NCBI GenBank assembly: GCA_963845515.1
Contig: CAWJSR010000016.1
Span: forward strand, 1-25,990
Source: an uncultured delta proteobacterium
Lineage (GTDB): Bacteria > Myxococcota > Myxococcia > Myxococcales > Anaeromyxobacteraceae
Length of the DNA: 25,990 nucleotides
Reading direction: 5' to 3'
Positions 7,252 to 16,500 of the stretch are shown in pieces (within the stretch, counting starts at the first letter, position 1; each line of letters begins with the position of its first letter). Made by a program: the position numbers and the translations under genes. The notes beneath the pieces were generated by a model. That model ran no database searches and was not told the origin of the DNA. It was given only the letters and a program-made list of their open reading frames with translations.

Positions 7252-8124
7252 ATGCGCTACGAGGAGCCAATCTTCCGCCCCCCCAGCGAGGCCGACTCGC
7301 TCATCCTGCAGGCCACGATCGGCTGCTCCTGGAACCACTGCACCTACTGCGCGATGTACCGGACGAAGCGGTACCGGGTCCGGCCGCTCGCCGAGTTGAT
7401 CGCCGAGGTCCGGTCGGCCGGCGCCGCCCTCGGAGCGGAGGTCACGCGGCTCTTCGTCGGCGACGGCGACGCGCTCGGCATGGAGCTGGAGCACTGGGAG
7501 CCGCTCCTCGCCGCCTGCCGCGAGGCCTTCCCGCGCCTTCGCCGCGTCAGCGCCTACGCCACCGCCCTCAACGTCGCCGGGAAGAGCGACGCGGAGCTCC
7601 TGAGGCTCCGCGAGCTGGGGCTCTCGCTCCTGTACATGGGCCCGGAGACCGGCGACGACGTGACGTTCCAGCGGATCGCAAAGGGGGCCGGCTTCGCGGA
7701 GCATGCGCTCGCGGCGAGGCGGGCGCACGCGGCCGGGATGAAGCTCTCGGCGATCTTCCTGCTCGGCGCAGGCGGCGTCGAGCGGACGCGCGAGCACGCG
7801 GAGGGCTCGGCCCGGCTCGTGACGGAGATGGACCCCGAGCACCTCTCGCTCCTGACCCTGACGGTCGTGCCTGGCACGCCGATCGCGGCGCTGGCGGAGC
7901 GCGGCGACTTCGAGCTGCCCCCGGTCCGGCGGCTGCTGGAGGAGCTGAGGACCGTCGTGGCCTCCTCCGCTCCGACGGCCGCGGTCTTCCGCACCAACCA
8001 CGCCTCCAACTACCTGCCGCTGGAGGGGCGCCTCCCTCGGGATCGGGACCGGATCGTGGCGACGCTGGACCGCGCGCTCGCCGGCGGCATCCGCCTGCGG
8101 CCGGAGTGGGCGCGCGGGCTCTGA
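7252..8124 (+). CDS. Radical SAM protein of unknown function (RPPSEA N-terminal type)
   Basis: MRYEEPIFRPPSEADSLILQATIGCSWNHCTYC contains CxxxCxxC. Also FVGDGDAL, YMGPETG and FRTNHASNYLPL. Confidence 0.92.
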   Translation: MRYEEPIFRPPSEADSLILQATIGCSWNHCTYCAMYRTKRYRVRPLAELIAEVRSAGAALGAEVTRLFVGDGDALGMELEHWEPLLAACREAFPRLRRVSAYATALNVAGKSDAELLRLRELGLSLLYMGPETGDDVTFQRIAKGAGFAEHALAARRAHAAGMKLSAIFLLGAGGVERTREHAEGSARLVTEMDPEHLSLLTLTVVPGTPIAALAERGDFELPPVRRLLEELRTVVASSAPTAAVFRTNHASNYLPLEGRLPRDRDRIVATLDRALAGGIRLRPEWARGL

Positions 8125-8136
8125 GCCGGACCAGCC

Positions 8137-8889
8137 CTACGCCTCGGGCTCCGGCGGCGGCTCGGCGCCCTCCACGACCACCGCGTCGTCCTGCTCCGGC
8201 AACCGCGCCATCCCCTCGAAGCTCATGAGGTGGCCGCTCCGGCGCGCCTTCGTCTCCAGGTAGAAGCGGTTGAAGGCGTTGGGCTTGATGACGTGCGGAA
8301 TCCTGTCGATCACCTTCACGCGGTACTGGGTCAACTGCCGGATCTTCTCCGGGTTGTTGGTGATGAGCCGGACGGAGCCGACGCCGAAGCTGTGGAGCAT
8401 GTGGGCGGCGATGGAGTAGTCGCGCTCGTCGTCGCGGAAGCCGAGCGCCCTGTTGGCCTCCACCGTGTCGAGCCCCTCCTCCTGGAGCTCGTACGCCCTG
8501 ATCTTGTTCAGGAGCCCGATCCCGCGCCCCTCCTGGCGCAGGTAGAGGAGGATCCCCCGCTCGTGCTTCTGGAGCGCCTCCAGCCCGGCCGTCAGCTGGT
8601 CGCGGCAGTCGCAGCGGAGGGAGCCCAGCACGTCGCCCGTCAGGCACTCGGAGTGAAGACGCACCGCCACCTCGCTGGCGCCGACCACGTCGCCATGGAC
8701 CATGGCCACGTGCTCCTTGCCGTCGCGGTTGTTCCAGAAGCCGACGAGCCTGAACCGTCCGAAGCGCGTCGGGAGGTCGGCCACGGCGACGATCCTGACG
8801 CAGACCCGCGCCGCGCCGAACCCCTCGCACTCGTGATCGTGGTCGCGCACCACCAGCTGGCGGAGCGCGTCGAGCGCCGGGTCGGTCAT
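8137..8889 (-). CDS. ribA: GTP cyclohydrolase II
   Basis: RLHSECLTGDVLGSLRCDCRDQL (three Zn-binding Cys), YLRQEGRGIGLLNKIRAY and RLITNNPEK. The start overlaps the upstream stop (TGATG). Confidence 0.96.
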   Translation of the reverse strand: MTDPALDALRQLVVRDHDHECEGFGAARVCVRIVAVADLPTRFGRFRLVGFWNNRDGKEHVAMVHGDVVGASEVAVRLHSECLTGDVLGSLRCDCRDQLTAGLEALQKHERGILLYLRQEGRGIGLLNKIRAYELQEEGLDTVEANRALGFRDDERDYSIAAHMLHSFGVGSVRLITNNPEKIRQLTQYRVKVIDRIPHVIKPNAFNRFYLETKARRSGHLMSFEGMARLPEQDDAVVVEGAEPPPEPEA

Positions 8890-9914
8890 CACGCCACCTC
8901 CGAGAGGAGCCGCGCCGCCATGGCACGCCCGGACTTCCACGCGGCCTCCACGCCGCCGCCGGAGGCGAACCGGTCGCCGCAGACGCCCAGCCGCGCGCCG
9001 CCGGGGAGCGTCAGGAGCATCGGGCTCGCCAGCTCGGCCGACCTGTCGTTGCGTGCGTGCTTCCACCGGTGCGCGTCCGCCACGGACGGCCGCGCCGCCC
9101 ACGCGCCCAGCAGCCGCTCCGCCTCCTTCAGCACCGCCGAGGGCCAGTCCGGGTCCTCGAGGTGCGCCGCCGACCAGTGCGCGTGCGCCTGGTAGACCAG
9201 CGCCAGCAGCCCGGCGTGGCCGCGCTTGGACGAGTCGTGGGCGACGTGCTGGAGGATCCGGGAGTCCTCCGGGTACAGCGCATCCCACTGCGGCGCAGGG
9301 GCGGATGGAGGGTAGAGCGCGATGAGCGTCAGGCAGGGCAGGCTGCGCGAGAAGGCGAGCAGCCCGCGGGCGCTCTCGACCTCCCTCGGCGGCTCGGGGA
9401 GCGTGCCGAGCAGCGCGTGCGCCTGCTCGGCGGCGAGCGCCAGCACCACGGCGCCAGCCTCGACGCTCGCGCCATCGGCGAGCCGGAGGCGCACGGCCGG
9501 GCCGTTGGACCCGATCCCGGTGACCTCCGCGCGGAGCTGGAGATCGATCCCGGCGGCGAGGTGCTTCGGGAAGGCGGTGAGCCCCTCCGCGAAGGCGAGC
9601 CGCCGCTCGCCCGGGGAGAACGCGACGGGCTGGCACGGGCGGCCGGCGCCGAACGTGGCGAGCGGCCAGCCGTCGAGCAGGGTCGCCGGGACCGCAGCCA
9701 GCGCGGCGAGGAACGCTGGGTCCCGACCGTGCAGGAAGGTGACGCCGAAGTCGACGGGCTGCCCCTCGACGCGCCGGGTGGCGCACCGCCCACCCACGCC
9801 GCGCGCACGCTCGACCACCCTGACGCGCCGCCCGCCCGCCACCAGCGCCTGCGCGCACGCGAGGCCGGAGACTCCCGCCCCCACGATCACCACCGTCGCT
9901 CCATCCTCGGCCAT
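8889..9914 (-). CDS. Renalase-like NAD/FAD-dependent oxidoreductase
   Basis: IVGAGVSGLACA Rossmann motif, ERARGVGGRCATRR, DFGVTFL, HRWKHA and CGD...GGGVEAAWKSG. The start at 9914 is preferred over 9956. Confidence 0.88.
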   Translation of the reverse strand: MAEDGATVVIVGAGVSGLACAQALVAGGRRVRVVERARGVGGRCATRRVEGQPVDFGVTFLHGRDPAFLAALAAVPATLLDGWPLATFGAGRPCQPVAFSPGERRLAFAEGLTAFPKHLAAGIDLQLRAEVTGIGSNGPAVRLRLADGASVEAGAVVLALAAEQAHALLGTLPEPPREVESARGLLAFSRSLPCLTLIALYPPSAPAPQWDALYPEDSRILQHVAHDSSKRGHAGLLALVYQAHAHWSAAHLEDPDWPSAVLKEAERLLGAWAARPSVADAHRWKHARNDRSAELASPMLLTLPGGARLGVCGDRFASGGGVEAAWKSGRAMAARLLSEVA

Positions 9915-9921
9915 GTGGGGG

Positions 9922-9927
9922 AGTCTA
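9922..9927 (-). promoter_or_regulatory. Putative -10 element of a leaderless transcript
   Basis: TAGACT lies 7 nt upstream of the ATG at 9914, with no Shine-Dalgarno between (CCCCCAC). Confidence 0.4.
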
Positions 9928-10098
9928 ACGCCGCTGCGGCCCTCGGCTGCGGCCATCTGGTGACGGGGCCCCCCGCGGGCACCACCTCCATCGAACGTGC
10001 CCTTCAGCGGCGTTGACCGCGGGGGGAACGGACCGCTCGATCAATGGGGGAGGTGGCGCGGGCCGATCGAGCCGCCGCCTCCCGATGGAGGCAGGATC

Positions 10099-10536
10099 AT
10101 GGCGACAGCAAGCAGGGTGCGAAGGCTGGAGCGGGTTGGCGTCCCGCCGCAGGCGCTCGTCCTCGTCAGCAGGAGCGGCTCCCCCATCGAGGAGTTCGAG
10201 GATGACGTGGCGGCGATCAGCCGGCTCGGCAAGACGCTGGCCGAGGCGCGGCGGCGCGCTCGCCACCCGATGAAGCTCGGGGTGCCCACGGCCACCTGGT
10301 GGACCCGCCGAAACGGCACCTGGGCGTGGCAGCTCACGCTGCCCCTCCCCTCCCACGTGACGGCGCGCGACGTGCACGACGCCGTGACGGCGAGCCGCAG
10401 CGTCCACGCGGCGCGCGTCCAGCTCCAGCTGCTCCACCCCGAGGAGGCTCGCCCCGGCCGCGACCGGCTCCCCTCGACGGCGCGCGAGGTCCGCGTCGGG
10501 GCGACCCCGCAGCACCGCGGCCGCGAGCTGAGATAG
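10099..10536 (+). CDS. Hypothetical protein resembling the N-terminal half of GyrI-like small-molecule-binding proteins
   Basis: ATG at 10099 with GGAGG RBS. The pattern VPPQALVLV..SGSP..EF...V.A...TWW.....W.WQLTLPLP..VT resembles GyrI-like proteins. The similarity is judged by eye only. Confidence 0.55.
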   Translation: MATASRVRRLERVGVPPQALVLVSRSGSPIEEFEDDVAAISRLGKTLAEARRRARHPMKLGVPTATWWTRRNGTWAWQLTLPLPSHVTARDVHDAVTASRSVHAARVQLQLLHPEEARPGRDRLPSTAREVRVGATPQHRGRELR

Positions 10537-10547
10537 GTGAGCGTCCC

Positions 10548-13478
10548 TCACCGCACCGAGAAGTAGACCCGCGCCCCCTTCTCCTTCAGCGCGCGCTCGC
10601 CGCCCTGGACGAGGAAGAGGCGCGCCTGGTCGAGCCCTGCCGCGAGCAGCGCCTCGCGCGCCCGCTGCGCCCGCTCGGCGGCGAGCGCGCGGTAGGTGTC
10701 GGCGGAGATCACCTGCGCCGCGGCGAGCCGCTCCTCCAGCTCCGCCAGCGTGGGGGCGGGCTCGCCCGCCTTCCGCCCGGACGCGGGGAACGCGGCGTCA
10801 TGGGCCGCGCGCAGCAGCTTCTCCCGCTCGCCCGCGTCGAGCGTCACGTCGTCGATCGACGCCGGCGGCGCCCGCATCCCCGCCGCCTTCGCGCGCTTCA
10901 GCGAGCGCTCGAGCGCGGCGCGGCGCAGCGCAGCGCCGTCCGCCTCGGGCCCTGCCGCCCCCTCCAGCTCCAGCCCGAGCGCCGGGCGCTGCGAGAGCGA
11001 CTGCACGAGCAACGTGAGCCGGTCCTTCGAGTCGGGGCGCAGCTCGGCCGCGCCCGGCCCGAACTCCACCATGGAGAGGTCCGCGTCGCCGCCCCCAGCG
11101 AGCGCGGCGAGCGCGCTGAACGGGGAGGTCGCCACCTTCACGAGCACGTTGAGGACCGTCCGCCAGATCACCTTCCCGAGCCTGAACTCGGGGTCGTCGA
11201 GCCTTCCCCTCGATCGGCACGTCGAGCAGGATCACGCCGTTCGGGTCCTGCAGGAGCGCGAGGGCCAGCCGGATCGGCACCTTCGTCGCGTCCGGGCTGT
11301 TGGTGGCCTCCCCGAGCGTGAACTGGTTCAGCGTCACGACGTTGGCCCCGGCGAGGATCCGGTTCTCGACCTTGTAGCGGAGGTCGAGGTCGAGCTTCCC
11401 CTTCTGGATCCCGTAGCCGAGGTGCTTGCCCGCGTAGGGCCCGAGCGGCGAGAGGTCGACGCCCTTCGACTCGACCGTGACGTCGGTGAACGCGTCCTGC
11501 TGCAGCGGATTGAGCGTGCCTTTGATCCTGATGGGCGATGCCCCCTCGACCTGGAGCGCCACGTCGAGGGTGGAGCGGACCTTCGGGTCGGAGGAGAGGC
11601 TCGTCACCTTCGCGTCGGCGCCGGTGACGTTGACGATCGCCGTCGGGGTCACCGAGCGGTCGATGAAGGTCGCGCGGCCGCGCACGGACCTGGACCGAGC
11701 CCGATCGACGTCTTCCAGCGCGCGGGCCCGACGGCCGCGGCGGGCGGGCGGCGCCTTCGCTGCCTCCCCCTTCGCCGGGGCGGGCGGGGTGCCGAGCGCC
11801 CGGTCGATGCTGGTCGCGCCGTCCTCCCAGACGTAGACCTTCGTGCGCGGCTCGACGAGCCGGACCAGCCGCACCGACGCGCGGGGCGGCCGCGACGCCG
11901 AGTCGATGCCGGTGGGCAGCTCGAGGGCGCGCCAGCGGAGCAGCTCGTCGTTCCCGGCCTCCGCGACGGAGAGCCCGTCCATCCGGACGTCGCCGGCGAA
12001 GGTCCAGCGGAGCGGCGTCGCGGCGAGGTCGTACGTGACCTTCGCCTTCGCGCCGGCGCGTCCCGCGACGAGCCGCGCCTTCACGCCGTCCTCGAGGTAT
12101 GGCGCGATGGGCAGGAGGTCGAGGTCGGCCGCGTCGATCTGGAGCGTCCCCTCGTCGCCGAGCGGCTGGATCCGGCCGGCCAGGGAGAGCCGCCCCGTCC
12201 CGGCCCAGGTGCCCGAGACCGACAGCGGGGACCAGGTCTCCGGCCCCTTCGCGGAGCTGCTCGAGCCGGACCTTCACGTCGGTGAGGGACAGGGCGACGG
12301 GACGCGGCGTGGACAGGTCCTCGACGTTCATCGTCGCGCCCTGGATCGTCACGGCGCCGACCGACCACCTCCAGCTCCCCTCCGACGGCGGGGGCATCAT
12401 CCGCATCAGCTCGAGCCCGCCGCCTGGCTCGACCCGGACCCGGAGGGTTCCGCCCCGGAACGCGGCCTCGGCCACCTTCGCGTCCTTCCCGACGACGTCG
12501 GTGTCGATGCCGGTCACCTCGATGCGGGGCAGCTTCACCGGCGTGTCGGCGCTCCCGCCGCGCGGCCCCACCGAGAGCTGGTCGACGGCCAGCCTCCCGG
12601 CGGTCATGTTGAAGCGGTGGACGTCGCCCCACTCCAGATCGTAGCCGGTCTCGAAGTCGAGGAGCCCATCATGGATCACGATCGGGTACTCGTCCTGCGC
12701 GTAGGTCGTGTAGCGGGGAAGGCTGATCCGCTCGAAGGCGAGCGTCCCCGCGGAGCGGAGCGGCTGCGTCCGGACCGTGCCGGTCCAGCGGAAGGTCTCG
12801 CCGGCATCGGTCGTCCCGGCGAAGGTGTAGGGGCTGTCGCCGCCGCCCTTCGTCTCGAAGGACTCGAGCCTGACCGTGAGCGGCCCCAGCGTGCTGGCGA
12901 AGGCGGGGCGACGCGTCGCGTCTGTGAAGGTGACCCGCGCCTCCTCGATCGCGAGGCGGCCAATCCAGAGGCCGAGGCCGCCCTCCTCCTTCTTCGCCTC
13001 TGCCGGCGGCGCGGCGCCGGGCTCCGGCTCGCCGTCGAGCAGGTCCTGGAACGTGAGCCTCTCCGTCCGCGGCGAGCCCGACCTCCACGGCCGGCCGCAC
13101 GAGCCGGATCTCAGCCAGGCCGAGGTTGCCGGTGAGCATGCGGAGCGGCGACAGGCGAACGTAGAGCGACTCCCACCCGAGGAAGGCGCTGCCGTCGCGG
13201 TGCTTCACCGCGAACCCCTCGATGGTGACCGAGAGGACGAGCGGGTTCACCCGGACCACCGCCACCGCGACGTCGCGCTTCAGCCCCGCCGAGGCCTGCT
13301 TCACGAGCACGCTACGGAGGATCGCCGGCGCGACGAGGAACCCGAAGGCCGTCCAGGCGACCAGGAGGCCGCCGACGACGGCGGCGATGCGGAGGCGACG
13401 GCTGCGGGCGAAGCCGGTCGGCGCGGGACCCGTCGGCGTGCTCGCTTCGGAGGCGTCTTCGGGTGTCGTCTCGGCCAT
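10548..13478 (-). CDS. DUF748 (AsmA-like) domain protein with OmpA-like C-terminal region, split by frameshifts
   Basis: N-terminal TM anchor, VRVNPLVLSVTIEGF, DLSPLGPYAGKHLGYGIQKGKLDLDLRY, LALALLQDPNGVILLDVPIEG and VKVATSPFSAL..VEFGPG. The frame changes near 13060, 12250 and 11203, and is locally disturbed at about 11680-11745. Confidence 0.85.
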
Positions 13479-13560
13479 GCATCCTTGAACACCCGGGCCG
13501 GCGACCGATCAACGGCCGGCGCGCGTGCGACCCTACAGGAGGGTGACGAGATGGGTGCCC

Positions 13561-16500
13561 CTACGGACCTCCCAGCACGACGCTCACCTGGTGGGTCCCG
13601 CCGTCGTCGACGAGCGCGATCGCCCGCGGATCGACCGCGACGCCGTCCAGGTGCGCCTCGCCGATCCCGCGGCAGCGGCGATGCGGGTTCTCGACGAGGA
13701 TCTCGTAGCGCGTCCGGCCGAAGCGCCAGGTGATCGAGTACCGGGGCCAGGACGTCGGGATGCAGGGGTCCAGCTCGAACGTGGCGCCATGGCGCCGGAG
13801 CCCGAGGATGCTCTCGAGCCCGGCGCGGTATAGCCAGCCCGCTGAGCCGGAGTACCAGGTCCACCCCGCCTGCCCCGCGTGGTCGGCGTGCGCGGTGACG
13901 TCACCGGCGACCACGTACGGCTCGCCCCGGTAGCGCGCGACGTCCGGCCCCGTGCGGGTGTGGTTCACCGGGTTGATCATGTGGAAGAGCTCGGTCGCCT
14001 CGTCGCCGCTCCCCAGCCTGGCGAGCGCCATCACGATCCAGGCCGCGGCGTGCGTGTACTGCCCGCCGTTCTCCCTGACGCCGGGCGGATAGCCCTTGAT
14101 GTACCCGGGCTGCTGCGCCGAGCGATCGAACGGCGGCGCGAGCAGCAGGACGACCTGGGCCCCTCGCCGCACGAGGTGAGTTCGGACGGAGTCCATCGCG
14201 CGGTCCGCCAGCCGCGGCGCTGCCGCCCCGGAGAGCACGGCCCAGGACTGGGCGATCGAGTCGATGCTGCACTCGTCGCTCTGCGCCGAGCCGAGCGGTG
14301 CCCCGTCGTCGTAGTACCCGCGCCGGTACCACTCACCGTCCCAGGTCCGCTCCAGCGCGGCCGCGAGGCGGGTCGCCTCGGCGAGGTAACGGCCGGCCCT
14401 GGCGTCCTCCCCACGCAGCGCGCACAGCGGCGCGAAGTCGGTGAGGACGGCGTGGAGGAAGAAGCCGAGCCAGACGCTCTCGCCGCGCCCCTCCCTCCCC
14501 ACGCGGTTCATCCCGTCGTTCCAGTCCCCGCCTCCCATGAGCGGCAGGCCGTGCGCGCCGGACGTGAGCCCGCGGTCGAGGGCGCGCACGCAGTGCTCGA
14601 AGAGGGAGCCCACCTCCGTCGAGGCGCCTGGCTCCGCGTATAGGTCCTGCACGTCCGGCGCGAGCGGCGCGCCGTCGAGGAAGGGGACGCTCTCGTCGAG
14701 CACCCCGGCGTCGCCTGTGGTCCGGACGTAGTGGGCCACTGCGTACGGCAGCCAGACGAGATCGTCCGAGCATCTCGTGCGCGTCCCCCGCCCGGTCGGC
14801 GGATGCCACCAGTGCTGGACGTCACCCTCCTTGAACTGCCGTGCCGCCGCACGCAGGAGGTGCTCGCGCACGAGCGAGGGGCGCGCCATCGCGAGCGCCA
14901 TCGCGTCCTGCAGCTGGTCGCGGAACCCGAACGCGCCGCCTGGCTGGTGGTAGCCGGTGCGGGCCCACATGCGGCAGCTCAGGTCCTGGTAGAGCAGCCA
15001 CCGGTTCATGAGCACGTCGAAGGAGTCGTCGGGCGTGCGGACCCGCACCGCGCCGAGGGTGTCGTCCCACCCGCGCCGGACCGCCTCGAGGGAGGCGTCC
15101 GCGGCGTCTGCCCGCCCGTGGCGCACGATCAGCTCCCGGACCTGCGCGACGTCCCTGCCCTCGCCGAGGAGGAAGACGACCCGCCGCGACTCCCCCGGCT
15201 CGAGGTGGACGGTGACGTGGAGCGCCGCGCAGGGATCGAGCCCGGCTCCGAACTGGGCGGAGAGCAGCTCATGCCCCAGCGCCGCCGGGCGCGCGAGCGA
15301 GCCGTTGCGGCCCAGGAACGAGGTGCGGTCGCCGGTGGACGAGCGGAGCGGCTCGCTCGCGTGGGCGAACGCGACGCGTCCCGCGAACTCGTGGTTCCAG
15401 GCGTTCGTGGCGAGGATCGCGCCCGTCGGGTCGTCCTTCGCCGTCACGACGTGCTGGTTCTGGCCCGCCCTCGGCGGCCCGAGGACCCACTCGGTGTACG
15501 AGAAGACCGAGAGGCGCCGCGGGATCCCGCTCTCGTTGGTCAGCGTGAGGAGCGAGACCTTCACGGGGTCCGACGCGTCCACGAAGACGTCGAGCGCGTG
15601 GCGGATGCCGCTCGCGGTCCGCGCGAAGCGGGTGACCCCCGCGGCGTGGCGAATCACGAAGCGACCGCTCGTGCCGTCGCGGGGCAGCGGCCCCGGGGTG
15701 GGCGACCACGCCTCGCCGCTGTCGTCGTCGCGCACCAGGACGGCCTCGGCGGTCGGATCGGTGACCGGGTCGTTCGCGAACGGCGTCAGCCGGTTCTCGC
15801 GGCTGTTCTCGGACCAGGTGAAGGACGACCCGGAGGCCGTGACGACAGTCCCGAAGGCCGGGCTCGCGATGACGTTCGCCCAGGGCAGCGGCGTCTCCTG
15901 GTCACCGTCCAGGACGATGACGTACTCCCGTCCACCGTCGGCGAAGCCACCGATCCCGTTCGCGAGCGCGAGCGGCGGCACCTCCGGCTGCGAGGCCGGC
16001 GCGGACGCCGCGCGGGGCTGCTCGGTGCGCGCGCGCTCGAGCAGCGGGATCTCCGCCAGCGGGAGGGTGGGCAGATCGAGCTGATGCGAGAGCGACCCAC
16101 GGTCGCCGCTGAGGACCGCGCGCGCCGCGCCGGCCAGGAGCAGCCGCTCCGGCTCGCCCATGCGGTCTCCGCGCAGGAGGTACGCGCCGCCCGTCCTGTG
16201 CTTCCACTTCCTCCAGGGCCCGTCGTCGAGGAGGGCCGCGAGCTGCGCGTGGATCTCGTCGAGGTAGCTGACCGGGTGCTCGTTGAGGATCACGACGTCC
16301 GCGCTGAGCCCCTTGAGCCGCCAGTACTCCTGCGCCTGCAGCACCTGCCGCACGAGGGCGAGGTCGGCGTCCGAGACGACGCGCACGAGCAGGATCGGGA
16401 GATCGCCGGAGACTCCGTGCGCCCACAGCCCCTCCTGCCCCAGGACGTTCCTGGCGAGGAGCTCCGGCCCCGGGCGCAGGGAGGCGTCTGCGTAGAGCAC

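Noticed and set aside
8137..9858. 573-aa RibA fusion suggested by the ORF track
   Set aside because: The upstream part is an off-frame overlap of the renalase-like gene; RibA begins at 8889.
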